NCBI GenBank assembly: GCA_018394315.1 | Contig: CP074575.1 | Coordinates: 1,644,615-1,708,614 of the forward strand | DNA from: Mycoplasmatota bacterium | GTDB lineage: Bacteria > Bacillota_I > Bacilli_A > MAG-NZ | Direction: 5' to 3' | Length of the DNA: 64,000 nucleotides | In this document: one piece after another, positions 26,861-38,386 of the stretch | Layout of the letters: each line of letters opens with the position of its first letter | Numbering within the stretch: the first letter of the stretch is position 1 | Notes under the pieces: generated by a model | What the model saw: the letters and a program-made list of their open reading frames with translations, nothing else | Database searches by the model: none | What the model was told of the DNA's origin: nothing | Program-made: the position numbers and the translations under genes

Positions 26861-29022
26861 TATTTATTCACTCTCACTATTTGGTACACATCCTCAATGT
26901 TTCTTATTTTAGTCATTAGCTTATCTAATTGATTTAGATTTAGTACATCAAGACCCACTTTAATAATATTTTCACTATTCTTAGAAGAAGTGTTTATGTT
27001 AGAAATGTTAGCACCTTGTGCACTAATTGTATTAATTATATCAACAACCATATTGTTTCTTTTAAATGTAAGAATTTTAAGGTGTACTCTATATTTTTGA
27101 TTAGTATTTGAACTACTCCAATAGACCGGGATCAGTCTGTTAGAATCAGATTTAAGTATATTTGAACAAGTTTCTCTATGGACAGCAATTCCCATACCCT
27201 TCGTAACAAATCCAGTGATTGGATCTCCCGGGATTGGATTACAACAGTTCGATAATTTAATCTTAGAATTATTTAATCCATCCACTAAAATCCCATGTAT
27301 ATTAATTTGTTTTGCTTTTGCTGATTTATTTAATTGTTCAATAAGCGTAGCTTCATCTTGTTTTATTTCTGCTTTTCCTGAAAGTTTATTTAAGGCTGAT
27401 CTTGCTGATATATTATTTTTCCCAATATTATAAAGCAATGACTCCAAATCGTATATTTCATTTGTATTATAATACTTCTTAACATCTGAATCTTCAAGTT
27501 TTTTCCCTAACTCATATTCTGGTAAAACTTCTTCAATTTTTTTTCTTCCTTCTTCTATCAATAAATCTCTATCTCTTTTATTAATGAAAGTTCTAATCTT
27601 ACTTCTTGCTTGTGCTGTTTTTGCAATCTTCAACCAACTGTCGCTTGGCCCACTTGAAGTTTTAGATGTTCTAATATTACATATATCACCCGTATCAAGA
27701 GGAAAATCTAAAGGAACCATCTTATTATTTACAATTGCCCCTACGCATCTTTCACCTACTTGGGAGTGAATTCTATATGCAAAATCAATTGGGGTTGCAC
27801 CCTTAGGTAACATAATAACATCACCATTAGGGGTAAACACAAATATGTTTGCAGTTAAATCTTCTTTAATATTAATTAAGAAATCATCGTTTGCTAGTGA
27901 ATCTCGATCCTTGGCTTGTTCTATTATGTCTCCATACCATTTTAATACACCAGCAATTTCTTTTTGTTCGATTTGTTTGGATTTACCCTCTTTATATGCC
28001 CAGTGTGCAGCAATACCTATTTCAGCAACTCGGTCCATCTCTAGAGTTCTTATTTGCACTTCAAAAATTTTACCGTTTTCAGTAAGAATTGTAGTATGTA
28101 AAGATTGGTACATATTTATTTTAGGAATAGCGATATAATCTTTAAATCTCTTAGGAATAGGCTTGAAATTATGATGGATTATTCCTAAGACTTGATAACA
28201 GTCCTCGATTTTATCAACTATAATTCTAAGGGCAAGCAAGTCAAAAATTTCTTCGAAATTCTTGTTCTTTTGCTTCATTTTTTTCGCTATACTATAGATA
28301 TTTTTAATTCTACCTTTTATATCATGTTTTATAGTTTCTTGATCTAAAAATTTGGTAATATCATTAATTACTACAATTAGATCTTTATTCCTTTGTTCCT
28401 TTGTATTAGCTAAATTTTTAGATATCGTAACATAACCCTCTCTGTCTAAATGCTTATACGCAATATCTTCTAATTCTGCTTTCATTCGGTACATCCCAAG
28501 CCTATGTGCTAAAGGAACAAATATTTCCATAGTCTCTCTACACTTCATAATTCTTTTTTCTTCAGGCATGAATTCGATTGTACGCATATTATGTAATCTA
28601 TCTGCGAGTTTTACTATAATTACTCTTAAATCCTCTGTCATTGCTAGAATCATTTTTTGATGATTTTCCGCAATAGCTTTTGCTTTTGAAGTAAAGTTTA
28701 ACTGAGTAATTTTCGTTACTCCTTCTACAATATTAGCTACATCTTCTCCAAATTTCTTTGAAATTTCTTCATGTTCTGTATCTGTATCCTCTAATACATC
28801 ATGCAATAATCCACTTATAATAGTATCTGGACCAAATTGGTATTCAACTAAAATTTTCGCAACTGCAATTGGGTGAATCAGATATGGTTCTCCGGATTTT
28901 CGAAACTGATTTATGTGTTTTTTCTTTGCATATTCAAAAGCATCTTTAATTAAATTAAGATGCTGTTCATTAATGATATACTCATTAGCTTTTTCAATTA
29001 TCTTCTTAGGAGTTAAATCCAT
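26860..29022 (-). CDS. relA: Bifunctional (p)ppGpp synthetase/hydrolase Rel
   Basis: HD hydrolase (LLHDVLEDT), RFKDYIA, YQSLHT, EVQIRT, TGS and ACT domains. Confidence 0.97.
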   Translation of the reverse strand: MDLTPKKIIEKANEYIINEQHLNLIKDAFEYAKKKHINQFRKSGEPYLIHPIAVAKILVEYQFGPDTIISGLLHDVLEDTDTEHEEISKKFGEDVANIVEGVTKITQLNFTSKAKAIAENHQKMILAMTEDLRVIIVKLADRLHNMRTIEFMPEEKRIMKCRETMEIFVPLAHRLGMYRMKAELEDIAYKHLDREGYVTISKNLANTKEQRNKDLIVVINDITKFLDQETIKHDIKGRIKNIYSIAKKMKQKNKNFEEIFDLLALRIIVDKIEDCYQVLGIIHHNFKPIPKRFKDYIAIPKINMYQSLHTTILTENGKIFEVQIRTLEMDRVAEIGIAAHWAYKEGKSKQIEQKEIAGVLKWYGDIIEQAKDRDSLANDDFLINIKEDLTANIFVFTPNGDVIMLPKGATPIDFAYRIHSQVGERCVGAIVNNKMVPLDFPLDTGDICNIRTSKTSSGPSDSWLKIAKTAQARSKIRTFINKRDRDLLIEEGRKKIEEVLPEYELGKKLEDSDVKKYYNTNEIYDLESLLYNIGKNNISARSALNKLSGKAEIKQDEATLIEQLNKSAKAKQINIHGILVDGLNNSKIKLSNCCNPIPGDPITGFVTKGMGIAVHRETCSNILKSDSNRLIPVYWSSSNTNQKYRVHLKILTFKRNNMVVDIINTISAQGANISNINTSSKNSENIIKVGLDVLNLNQLDKLMTKIRNIEDVYQIVRVNK

Positions 29023-29046
29023 GTAATCATCTCCTGTTATTTATCG

Positions 29047-29559
29047 CTAATAATGAAGTATTGACATTATATCATAACCAGATAATATGTCTCTTCCTTT
29101 TAAAAAATCTAATTCAATTAAAAATGCAATACCAACTACCTTACCTTTCATCTTCTCAATTATGTCTACAGTAGCTTTTACAGTTCCTCCAGTAGCAAGT
29201 AAATCATCTACAATTAAAACTTTTTGATTCGGCTTAATTGAATCAGAGTGCATACTTAATTTATTGCTCCCATATTCTAAATCATACTCTAAATCAATTG
29301 TTTCTCTCGGTAGCTTACCAGGTTTTCTTACTGGTATGAATCCTATACTTAATTCTGTAGCTGTTGGACATCCAAAAATGAATCCCCTTGCTTCAGGACC
29401 AACTATAACATCTGCTCCAACTTTTTTTGCATATTCAACAAATCTTGATACTGCCTCATGAAATGCTTTACCATCTTGCATTAGAGGAGTGATATCCTTA
29501 AATTGAATTCCTTTTTTAGGAAAATCTGGTACATTTGCGATGTAGTCTTTTAAATCCAT
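29047..29559 (-). CDS. apt: Adenine phosphoribosyltransferase
   Basis: [32 protein letters not shown]. Confidence 0.98.
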   Translation of the reverse strand: MDLKDYIANVPDFPKKGIQFKDITPLMQDGKAFHEAVSRFVEYAKKVGADVIVGPEARGFIFGCPTATELSIGFIPVRKPGKLPRETIDLEYDLEYGSNKLSMHSDSIKPNQKVLIVDDLLATGGTVKATVDIIEKMKGKVVGIAFLIELDFLKGRDILSGYDIMSILHY

Positions 29560-29721
29560 AATTTGTCTCCTTTTGTTATATGTAATGAAAAATATGGCTG
29601 TAATTTGACATTACTTTCTTTGTATAACACTTTGTAATTATAACAATTTACGCTTTACCTTTCAATAAAGTAATAATAATATTTAAGTTTTCATAAGCAT
29701 TATTAGTTAAGGAGGAAAATA

Positions 29722-31206
29722 ATGAAGAATACATTCATAAAAAATACTCTCACATTATCAATATCTGGATTACTAGTTAAAGGATTAGGTTTAGTTAACA
29801 GAATTATTATTACTAGAATCCTAGGAAGTGAGGGTATAGGGCTATATATGATGAGTTTTCCGACTATTATACTCTTTATATCATTAGCTCAGTTAGGTCT
29901 TCCTATTGCGATAAGTAAATTAATATCGGAAAATAGAATTGCCAAGACAACAAAAAATAGCACTATAATATACAACTCTTTATCTATTTCGTTATTTATG
30001 AGTTGCATATTAATTATCGTGCTATTAATTATTATTAAACCACTTACAGGAGTCTGGTTAGGTAATCCAGAAACATTTTATCCAATACTAACCACAATTA
30101 TACTTATACCTTTAGTATCGTTCAGTGGTGTAATAAAAGGTTATCTACATGGTCTTAAACTAATGAAAATCACAAGTATTGCTCATATAGCTGAACAAGT
30201 AGTAAGAATTACATCATCTGTTATATTAGTTTATATTTTATTACCATATGGATTAGTAACAGCGGTTTTCGGATCATTATTATCTTTATCTATCGGAGAA
30301 ATTATCTCTATTATTATACTGCTGTTTAAAGTATCTAAAATCTCGCCTAACGCAAAAGTTAAGGCGCATGTAACAGTAGAGAGTAAAGACATTTTGGAAA
30401 TAGCAATCCCAGCAACTTCAAATAGACTTATAGGATCATTAACTTATTTCTTTGAACCCATAATTTTTTCACTTGCTTTAAGAGAATATTTAAATACTAC
30501 AACTATAAAGAATCTATATGGTAATATAACAGGATTTGCGATATCTCTAATGCTTATACCATCATTCCTAACACATGCAATTAGTACCGCTCTTTTACCT
30601 AGCATCTCAGAAAGTTATTCAAGAAAAGATTTCTCTAAATTACATTATCTATTTAGAACCAGTATGATGTTAGTTTTTATACCAAGTGGAATTGTATGCA
30701 TTTTACTTTCTTTCTTCTCTTACGAATACATGAATTTATTGTTTGCAACTACAAGTGGAGCAAACTACGTAACTTACATGGCTCCATTTTTCCTAATTTT
30801 CTATTTTCAAGCACCTATTGTTTCAATTTTACATGGACTCAATAAGTCGAGAATCGTTATGGTGAATTCACTTATTTTAAATATTATAAAGCTTATATTA
30901 TTATATTTCTTATGTTCTCAAAGTTCAATAAACTCTCATGGGCTCCCTATCGCAAGTATTATTTCAGCACTCTTACTAACACTAATAAATTTCAGAGTAT
31001 TGTCTAAAATAATCAAGGTAAGTGTAAGTAATAAAACCAAAGTAAAAGTTATCTTTGTATTATTGTTAACTTCCGGGTTTGCATATTTCCTGAAGTCACT
31101 CCAAATCAATTACCTTCCAGCATCACTACTTATTATGTTAACATATATATTATTGGTTAGAATAACTAACCTTGTAAACTTAAAGAAATTATCACTCGTG
31201 ATCTAA
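29722..31206 (+). CDS. spoVB: Stage V sporulation protein B (MurJ-like flippase)
   Basis: 'RILGSEGIGLY', 'GLPIAISKLISE', 'EQVVRI'; MOP flippase, syntenic with yrbG/yrzE. Confidence 0.85.
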   Translation: MKNTFIKNTLTLSISGLLVKGLGLVNRIIITRILGSEGIGLYMMSFPTIILFISLAQLGLPIAISKLISENRIAKTTKNSTIIYNSLSISLFMSCILIIVLLIIIKPLTGVWLGNPETFYPILTTIILIPLVSFSGVIKGYLHGLKLMKITSIAHIAEQVVRITSSVILVYILLPYGLVTAVFGSLLSLSIGEIISIIILLFKVSKISPNAKVKAHVTVESKDILEIAIPATSNRLIGSLTYFFEPIIFSLALREYLNTTTIKNLYGNITGFAISLMLIPSFLTHAISTALLPSISESYSRKDFSKLHYLFRTSMMLVFIPSGIVCILLSFFSYEYMNLLFATTSGANYVTYMAPFFLIFYFQAPIVSILHGLNKSRIVMVNSLILNIIKLILLYFLCSQSSINSHGLPIASIISALLLTLINFRVLSKIIKVSVSNKTKVKVIFVLLLTSGFAYFLKSLQINYLPASLLIMLTYILLVRITNLVNLKKLSLVI

Positions 31207-31809
31207 AATGATTAACTTTTCGTCAACGATACTTGCATAGTATATATCACTCAAATTTATGTCATTTTTGTACACTTGATTTTTCAACCATTCTTCACTC
31301 TTGTTTAGAAATTCTAAATTTTCTTCAACTATTTCACCAGAGATAATTACAGGTAAAGGTTTTAGTGTTCCCTTCAAAAACACTGATAGTTCACCTGAAG
31401 TTTCTAAAATTGCGTAATCGACATCATGTAAAGAGGCGATACCTTTTTCCCTTGTTTGGGATACTAAATCATCAACTGTGTATTTTTGTTTTTGCATTTC
31501 TTTTATGTTCAATTTTCCGTCTCTAATTATTAATGATGGTTTTCCATCGACTAAGAATCTAATTTTGTTATTTTTAAGAGCTAAGAATGAAAGGATTTTT
31601 TGAGATAAAGCAACAGTGAAGATTGCTACCACGTATAGATAAACTGGCTGATCTACATTTTCAATTGATATTACAGCAATGTCTGCGATTATTAGTAAAA
31701 CAATTAAATCTGCTATACTAAGCTCTCCTACTTCTCTTTTACCAAGTAACCTTACTGTAAAGACAATCAATAAATAAAAGAATATGGTTCTCAGGATAAT
31801 TTCTGTCAT
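31192..31809 (-). CDS. DUF421 (YrbG/YetF) membrane protein
   Basis: 'RLLGKREVGELS..DL', 'AILETSGELSVF'. Confidence 0.88.
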   Translation of the reverse strand: MTEIILRTIFFYLLIVFTVRLLGKREVGELSIADLIVLLIIADIAVISIENVDQPVYLYVVAIFTVALSQKILSFLALKNNKIRFLVDGKPSLIIRDGKLNIKEMQKQKYTVDDLVSQTREKGIASLHDVDYAILETSGELSVFLKGTLKPLPVIISGEIVEENLEFLNKSEEWLKNQVYKNDINLSDIYYASIVDEKLIILDHE

Positions 31810-31851
31810 TAGTTCACCTCATATAAATTTCTATAATATTATTATGTTTAA

Positions 31852-31880
31852 ATATATTTTAAATATTTGTCTCATATAGT
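31852..31880 (+). promoter_or_regulatory. Candidate sigmaE-type promoter for the YrzE-like gene
   Basis: ATATATT-14 nt-CATATAGT. Confidence 0.45.
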
Positions 31881-31896
31881 TTATTAGGTGATAATT

Positions 31897-32262
31897 ATGA
31901 AAATTTTAAAACAAAATCTATTAATATTCTTTATTTTCGCATTATTAGTAGTTCTTACTGCAGTGAGTTATACATTAATAATATTCAATAAAGAAATATC
32001 CATGGATTCAATCAATACAACTGTGCTTATCTTGTCAATAATTCTGTTTATGATACTAGGTCTATTAGTAGGAGCAGTCAAAAAGAGAAATGGTTTAAGA
32101 AATGGTTTCATATATGGATTTATAATTGCATTATTTCTATTTTTATATTCATTTCTAGGAAATGATGAGTTCTCATTCCATCAATTAATCCGATACTTAA
32201 TACTTCTTTTATCATCATCCTTAGGTGGTGTAATTGGAGTAAACATCCCAAAGAAAAACTAA
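31897..32262 (+). CDS. YrzE/TIGR04086 family membrane protein
   Basis: Four TM segments, 'KKRNGLRNGFIYG', 'LGGVIGVN'; synteny with yrbG-spoVB. Confidence 0.75.
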   Translation: MKILKQNLLIFFIFALLVVLTAVSYTLIIFNKEISMDSINTTVLILSIILFMILGLLVGAVKKRNGLRNGFIYGFIIALFLFLYSFLGNDEFSFHQLIRYLILLLSSSLGGVIGVNIPKKN

Positions 32263-32265
32263 TAT

Positions 32266-32292
32266 AAAAAGCTGACTCTGTCAGTCTTTTTT
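32266..32292 (+). terminator. Terminator after the YrzE-like gene
   Basis: CTGAC-tct-GTCAG core followed by T run. Confidence 0.55.
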
Positions 32293-32338
32293 CTGCTCAA
32301 GCTATATATATTGTTGTAAATTTAGATATTTATTGTAT

Positions 32339-32381
32339 AAAAAAAGTGATTTTCTCAATCATTGAGATAAATCACTTTTTT
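32339..32381 (-). terminator. Terminator after hup
   Basis: AAAAAAGTGATTT...AAATCACTTTTTT long inverted repeat. Confidence 0.75.
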
Positions 32382-32387
32382 AATTAA

Positions 32388-32660
32388 TTATTTTACAGCA
32401 TCTTTTAACGCTTTACCTGCTTTAAAAGCTGGAGTATTTTGAGCACTTATTTGAATAACTTCACCTGTTCTTGGGTTACGACCTTCTCTTGCAGCTCTTT
32501 GTCTAGTTTCAAAAGACCCAAATCCAGTTAAAGACACTTTTTCACCATTCGCTAATGCTTCTGTTATTGATGTTAATGTAGCATTTAATACTAATTCAGC
32601 ATCTTTTTTAGAAACATGTACATTATCTGAAATTTTAGCAATTAAGTCAATTTTGTTCAT
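32388..32660 (-). CDS. hup: DNA-binding protein HU
   Basis: MNKIDLI, GFGSFE, RAAREGRNPRTGE, PAFKAGKALKDAVK. Confidence 0.98.
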   Translation of the reverse strand: MNKIDLIAKISDNVHVSKKDAELVLNATLTSITEALANGEKVSLTGFGSFETRQRAAREGRNPRTGEVIQISAQNTPAFKAGKALKDAVK

Positions 32661-32755
32661 TGCAAACCTCCTATTATTATTTTATACGCTATTATAAGTG
32701 ATTTTTGGCATAAAATCAAGGGAAAACTGTGTTTTCCCCTAGTTTATATTTAATT

Positions 32756-34219
32756 TTATATTATTATAGCTATGATTCCACCTCTACCACGATTTACAAC
32801 TTTTTCGATAGTATCTCTGAATCTGACTTGTGCACTATCAGGAAGTTGATATAACTTTGCTTTTATCCCGTCATTTACCACTTCACTTAGTGTTCTACCG
32901 AATATCTTAGACTCCCATATGTTCTCTACTTCTTCATCCATTAAGTGCTCAATCAATTCTTTACTTTGAGATTCGGTACCAATTATTGGTTCAAACGTGG
33001 ATTCAACTTCTACCTTAACCATATGGATACTAGGTGCAATCGCTTTAACCTTAACTCCATACCTAGATCCTTGTTTTATTACTTCCGGTGTTTCTAGTTT
33101 CATATCTTTAATTGTTGGCATAGCTATACCATACCCACGTACCTTAACTTCTTGTAGAGCCATTTCAATTGCATCATATTCTTCTTTTGCAGTTTGATAA
33201 TCTTGAATCAACCTAATAAATTCCCCTCGGTTGTTAATTGAGTCTCCTAAGATGTCGTATAAAACTTTATCATATAATCCTTCATCACATTTAATTGTAA
33301 TTTCGGCCATTCCTTCTCCAGCTTCAACTTTAGATACCACCACTTCAGTGAATGTATCATTTTCATTCAAACTCTCAGCAATTCTATTTACGTGTTTGAA
33401 TTTGTTGAAGTCGTTAGTCACCGATGAAATTGCTTCATTAAATGATCGTTTATACTTATTATCATCATTTAGGGCACTCAACCAGCTAGGAATATTAAGA
33501 TTCAATTCTTTTATCTCAAACTCATACAGTGCTTCTCTTAATAGTTTATCAATATCGTTATTGGTCATTTGATTTACGTCCATTGGTACTACGCTTACGT
33601 CGTATTTCTGACTTAATTCATCACATAATGCTACTGTTGAATTACTATGTGGAGTAGAAGAGTTCATCACAATTACAAATGGAGTATCGTACTCTTTTAA
33701 TTCTGACACTATTTTTTCTTCAGCTTCTACATAATTACTACGCCCAAATTCACCGAAAGAACCATCAGAAGTAATTACAACACCAATATTAGAGTGATTC
33801 TTAATTACTTTTTTTGTCCCTACTTCAGCAGCTTCTGTGAATGGAATTTCTTCTTCATACCATGGCGTTTTAACCATCCTAATCTTACCTTCGTTGTTTA
33901 TGTACCCTGAAGATTCTGGTATGATAAATCCCACGCAATCAACTAATCTGACATTCATTTCTAATTCATCATCTAATGCTATTTTGATAGAATTATTAGG
34001 CACAAATTTTGGTTCAACAGTCATTATTTCTTTACCTTCAGAAATTTGTGGTAATTCATCAATTATTTTATCTCGAATATCACCAGAAACATAAGGTAAA
34101 ACTTTTTCATCTATGAATTTGTTTATGAATGTAGACTTTCCACTTCTAACTGCTCCTACGACACCAATATATATTTCACCACTAGTTCTATGCACTATGT
34201 CTTTCATAATATTTTCCAT
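32756..34219 (-). CDS. spoIVA: Stage IV sporulation protein A (coat morphogenetic ATPase)
   Basis: GEIYIGVVGAVRSGKSTFI, MTVEPKFVP, RMVKTPW, IWESKIFG, C-terminal GGIIAIII. Confidence 0.97.
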   Translation of the reverse strand: MENIMKDIVHRTSGEIYIGVVGAVRSGKSTFINKFIDEKVLPYVSGDIRDKIIDELPQISEGKEIMTVEPKFVPNNSIKIALDDELEMNVRLVDCVGFIIPESSGYINNEGKIRMVKTPWYEEEIPFTEAAEVGTKKVIKNHSNIGVVITSDGSFGEFGRSNYVEAEEKIVSELKEYDTPFVIVMNSSTPHSNSTVALCDELSQKYDVSVVPMDVNQMTNNDIDKLLREALYEFEIKELNLNIPSWLSALNDDNKYKRSFNEAISSVTNDFNKFKHVNRIAESLNENDTFTEVVVSKVEAGEGMAEITIKCDEGLYDKVLYDILGDSINNRGEFIRLIQDYQTAKEEYDAIEMALQEVKVRGYGIAMPTIKDMKLETPEVIKQGSRYGVKVKAIAPSIHMVKVEVESTFEPIIGTESQSKELIEHLMDEEVENIWESKIFGRTLSEVVNDGIKAKLYQLPDSAQVRFRDTIEKVVNRGRGGIIAIII

Positions 34220-34335
34220 AAAATCCTCACCTTCTAAGCAACTTTCTAATTGCTTCCATAACAGTATTTAACTGATATCATAATAAGTTATCCTATAAAA
34301 ACTTATTCATAAAAGACAAGAATAATTACATATAT

Positions 34336-34569
34336 TTAAAACATATTAAATAAATCAGATGGTAGACCATCATTTTTTATAGTTGATACTAGTTGATCCT
34401 CTAGATCTCTATCTACAGTTTTACCGGCTATTCTAGCAACATCTTTAATAACTTTTCTAATGTTTTCTTCGTCTTCTAGATTAATATTTTTAAGACTAGC
34501 TGCTAGTTTCATAACACTATCTTTGTTTATATTTTGATCTGCTAGCATCTGGAATAATTTTCCCATCAA
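34336..34569 (-). CDS. SpoVIF family protein
   Basis: 'KLAASLKNINLEDEENIRKVIKDVARIAGKTV...EDQLV..I' pattern; between gpsA and spoIVA. Confidence 0.75.
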   Translation of the reverse strand: MMGKLFQMLADQNINKDSVMKLAASLKNINLEDEENIRKVIKDVARIAGKTVDRDLEDQLVSTIKNDGLPSDLFNMF

Positions 34570-34633
34570 TTGAAAAACCTCCTATCAATATAATTTATGC
34601 AAAATAAATTATATCTTGACACATTTTGCAATT

Positions 34634-34656
34634 AAAAAGAAATCCCTTCGGATTCC
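34634..34656 (-). terminator. Terminator after gpsA
   Basis: GGAATCC-gaag-GGATTTC followed by TTTTT. Confidence 0.65.
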
Positions 34657-35654
34657 TATTCTGCTTTCAAATCTCTATTCATTAATTTAGAAATACTTTC
34701 ATTAGGTGATATATGGTTATAGATAATATCATAAGTGGCTTCAATAATTGGTATTTCAATATCTAACTCTTTCGCAAGATCATAAGCTGCTTTAGCGCTT
34801 CTTGCGCCCTCAACAACCATCGTCATTGAATTCAAAGTTTCTTCTAAATTAGTTCCACTACCTATTTTAAAGCCTGCTTGGAAATTTCTAGAATGTAATG
34901 ATGTACAAGTCACAATTAGATCGCCAATACCTGTTAGTCCTAAAAGTGTTTTACTCTCAGCACCAACTGCAACACTTAATCTATTCATCTCAACTAAACC
35001 ACGCGTGATAAGAGCAGCTCTTGCATTATCTCCATATCCTAGTCCAGTTAATATACCTGATGCAAGTGCAATCACATTTTTTAATGATGCACCCATTTCT
35101 GCACCAATAATATCAGTTGAGGTATACACCCTGAAATAATTTTTATTATGAAATATAGTTTGTACTTCCTTAGCTAACTTGTAATCAACACTTGTAGAAA
35201 CTATTGAAGTAAGTTTTCTTAAAACAACTTCTTCAGCATGGGAAGGTCCAGATATTGAAACAAACCCCTTTAAATACTCATTTGGTATTACTTCTTCAAC
35301 AATTTCTGAAACTCTTTTAAAAGTAACTGGCTCAATTCCTTTACTAGCATTTATAAATACTTTAGGCGTTGTTAAGACGTCTTTCACTTCATTTAACGCA
35401 TTTCTCATTACCTTTGTTGGAACTGAAATGACAATAAAATCAGCAAAATCAATAACTTCCTTAATGGAAGTAGTAGCTTTCATACCTTTATGTAATATTA
35501 CATCTTCAAGTACATCTATTGTATGATTGTTGTTAATATTGTCAACGTTATGTTTATTATTATCACGAACTATTACATCATGACCATTATCAAGTAAAAG
35601 TTGAGCTAATGCAGTTCCCCAACTTCCTCCTCCAATAACAGATATATTTGCCAT
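34656..35654 (-). CDS. gpsA: NAD(P)H-dependent glycerol-3-phosphate dehydrogenase
   Basis: GGGSWGTALA, SKGIE, SGPSHAEEV, LKNVIA, GDLIVTC, SRN. Confidence 0.97.
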   Translation of the reverse strand: MANISVIGGGSWGTALAQLLLDNGHDVIVRDNNKHNVDNINNNHTIDVLEDVILHKGMKATTSIKEVIDFADFIVISVPTKVMRNALNEVKDVLTTPKVFINASKGIEPVTFKRVSEIVEEVIPNEYLKGFVSISGPSHAEEVVLRKLTSIVSTSVDYKLAKEVQTIFHNKNYFRVYTSTDIIGAEMGASLKNVIALASGILTGLGYGDNARAALITRGLVEMNRLSVAVGAESKTLLGLTGIGDLIVTCTSLHSRNFQAGFKIGSGTNLEETLNSMTMVVEGARSAKAAYDLAKELDIEIPIIEATYDIIYNHISPNESISKLMNRDLKAE

Positions 35655-35678
35655 GTCATACAACCTCCTAGTGTTTTA

Positions 35679-36983
35679 TTAATCTCGTTTTCTCAAGATG
35701 AATTTTATTGGTGTCCCACTAAAATTAAATGCACCACGCAAGCAATTCTCTAAATATCTTATATAAGAAAAATGAGCATATTCTGGATCATTAACAAATA
35801 AAATAAATGTTGGTGGTGAGCTTGTAGCTTGAGTAGAATAATAAACCTTTAATCTTCCACCATTGAATTGAGGTGTAGGATTCATCTGTAGAGCATCAAC
35901 GATAATGTCATTGATTATATGTGTTTTAAATCGCTTTTGATAGTTTTCGTAAACTTCATCAATTGATTCAAATAGCGTATGAATCCTCTTCTTTGTTAAA
36001 GCACTTAAATAAACAATTGGAGCATAAGTTATAAATTTAAAATGACTTCTTAATTCCTGCTCCCACTCTTTCATAATCTTATCATGCTTATCAACTAAAT
36101 CCCACTTATTAATAACGATAATAATACCTTTATTAGATTCTTTGGCATAGCCCGCGATTCTTTTATCTTGTTCCCTAATTCCTTGTTCACCATCAATTAA
36201 TATCAAACAAATATCACTACGGTCAATAGCTTGTAAAGCACGTAATACGCTGTATTTCTCAGCATTTTCAATTACTTTACCTCTTTTTCTTATACCCGCG
36301 GTATCAATTACTGCGTAATCTTTTCCATCTTTTTTAAACATGGTATCTATTGCATCTCTAGTAGTACCTTCAATGTTACTAACAATTACTCTTTCTTCTC
36401 CTAGTAATGCATTAGTTAATGAACTTTTTCCAACATTTGGTCTTCCAATAACAGAAAACTTTATTGATTCTTTAGGTAAAGAATCAATTTTTTCTGGAAA
36501 ATTACTAATAATATTATCTAGTAAATCACCAATTCCGATACCATGCAAGCTTGATATCGCAATAGGCTCTCCTAAACCTAAGCTATAAAAATCATATTTA
36601 TTATCTAGTAAATGTTCTCCATCTATTTTATTTATAGCGAGGATAATTGGTTTATCTGATTTATACAAGATTCTAGCAACAATTTCATCTTCTTCAGTTA
36701 CAGTACTTCTACCATCTGTTAAAAACACTATAACATCGGCTTCCTCAATTGCAAGTTCTGCTTGTTGCCTTATTTCTAGAAGAAAAGGAGCATCTTTAAT
36801 ATCGATGCCTCCTGTATCAATTAAATTAAATTCTTTACCTAACCACTCGCCTTTAGCATAAATTCGATCGCGAGTAACACCTGGTTGGTCATCAGTGATA
36901 GAAAGTCTTTCACCAATCAGTCGGTTAAACAAAGTAGATTTTCCTACATTAGGCCTTCCGACAATTGCAACTACAGGTAACAT
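35679..36983 (-). CDS. der: Ribosome biogenesis GTPase Der
   Basis: Two GRPNVGKS GTPase domains plus KH-like C-terminus. Confidence 0.98.
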   Translation of the reverse strand: MLPVVAIVGRPNVGKSTLFNRLIGERLSITDDQPGVTRDRIYAKGEWLGKEFNLIDTGGIDIKDAPFLLEIRQQAELAIEEADVIVFLTDGRSTVTEEDEIVARILYKSDKPIILAINKIDGEHLLDNKYDFYSLGLGEPIAISSLHGIGIGDLLDNIISNFPEKIDSLPKESIKFSVIGRPNVGKSSLTNALLGEERVIVSNIEGTTRDAIDTMFKKDGKDYAVIDTAGIRKRGKVIENAEKYSVLRALQAIDRSDICLILIDGEQGIREQDKRIAGYAKESNKGIIIVINKWDLVDKHDKIMKEWEQELRSHFKFITYAPIVYLSALTKKRIHTLFESIDEVYENYQKRFKTHIINDIIVDALQMNPTPQFNGGRLKVYYSTQATSSPPTFILFVNDPEYAHFSYIRYLENCLRGAFNFSGTPIKFILRKRD

Positions 36984-36999
36984 AAAATCACCTTCAATA

Positions 37000-38385
37000 T
37001 TATTTTTTCTTTTCTAAAACGTCTTTAAATAAATCACCCAAAGTTACTGTTCTTGTTTCTTGTGTCTTGATATACTTATCAAATTCAGCTCTTTGACGTG
37101 CATTTTGTACTTCTTTAACGCTTAATTTCATCTTCCAGCTATCTTTATATAATTCAATAATTTTAGCTTCTATTTCTTCACCAATTGAGTATACGTCATC
37201 TAATTTACCAATTTTTTCTTCTGTGATTTCGTCAGCTGGTAAAAATGCGTCAACACCTTGAACAGACACTGTAAAGCCTTTTCCAACTTGTAACTCAGAG
37301 ATAATACCTGTTACAACATCACCTCTTCTAGCAGTTAATTTACCCCAAGGATTGTCTTCTAAATATTTTTTACTCAATGAAATTTTTTCTTGTTTTTCAT
37401 TAACGTTAATAATGTGAACTTCAACTTCGTCACCAAAAACTACACTAGCAGCAAAGTTATCGTTTGGATTCCAGCTAATTTCAGTATTATGTAATAATCC
37501 CGTAACACCTTTTGCAAGTTCTAAGATGATTCCGAATGGTAATTTATTAATCACTTTTCCTTTTATAGTAGAACCTTTACCAAATTCTTTTACATAAGCT
37601 TGGAAAGGTGTAGGAAGAGTAGCTTTTCTTGAAACAGAAATTCTATTTCTACCGTTCTTTACTGATTTTTCAATAAGTTTTACTTCTATTTCATCTCCAG
37701 CTTTGATTTCATCTTCAACTTTTTTTATACGATGATGTGATACTTCTCCTATAGGTAATATCGCTTGGTTATGACCAAGTTTAATTATCGCACCATAAGG
37801 TTTAGTTTCTTTAACAGTACCTTTAATAATATCATCAACATTTAAGTTCTCGAATTCAATTTTACGTTGTTTCTTTTGCTCTTCTATTAATAATTTTTTT
37901 CTAGAAACTTTGATTTTTTGTTTCTTATCATCCATTTCACTAATAATAACTGTTAATGTTTTACCAACAAAATCAGCTAAGTTCACTTTTTCTAAATCAA
38001 CTTGAGATTCATGAAGAAACATTTCAAATCCTAAATATTTAAGAATTAATCCTTTATTAACTTGTGACTCTACTTTTGCTTCAACTGTTGTTTCATTTTT
38101 AAATAAATCTTTAATAACCTTGTAATTTTCATCTCTGATAATACCGATTCTAGATAAAAGGACTTGACCTCTCTCCTCATCGATCTTTTTAACTAAAGCA
38201 GTTACATTATCTCCAATTTTCACTACATCTTCAAAAGAATTTACTTTTTCATTAGTGAATTCATTTAAATATATAGTACCTTCCAATACATAATTCAAGT
38301 CTAATAGAATCTCATTTGTATTAACTTGGATAACAGTACCTTCGACAATCTCTCCTACTCTAATGTTTTTAAAACTATACTCCAT
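37000..38385 (-). CDS. rpsA: 30S ribosomal protein S1
   Basis: Repeated S1 domains (e.g. [10 protein letters not shown]), C-terminal TLGDL; cmk-rpsA-der synteny. Confidence 0.9.
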   Translation of the reverse strand: MEYSFKNIRVGEIVEGTVIQVNTNEILLDLNYVLEGTIYLNEFTNEKVNSFEDVVKIGDNVTALVKKIDEERGQVLLSRIGIIRDENYKVIKDLFKNETTVEAKVESQVNKGLILKYLGFEMFLHESQVDLEKVNLADFVGKTLTVIISEMDDKKQKIKVSRKKLLIEEQKKQRKIEFENLNVDDIIKGTVKETKPYGAIIKLGHNQAILPIGEVSHHRIKKVEDEIKAGDEIEVKLIEKSVKNGRNRISVSRKATLPTPFQAYVKEFGKGSTIKGKVINKLPFGIILELAKGVTGLLHNTEISWNPNDNFAASVVFGDEVEVHIINVNEKQEKISLSKKYLEDNPWGKLTARRGDVVTGIISELQVGKGFTVSVQGVDAFLPADEITEEKIGKLDDVYSIGEEIEAKIIELYKDSWKMKLSVKEVQNARQRAEFDKYIKTQETRTVTLGDLFKDVLEKKK

Positions 38386-38386
38386 G

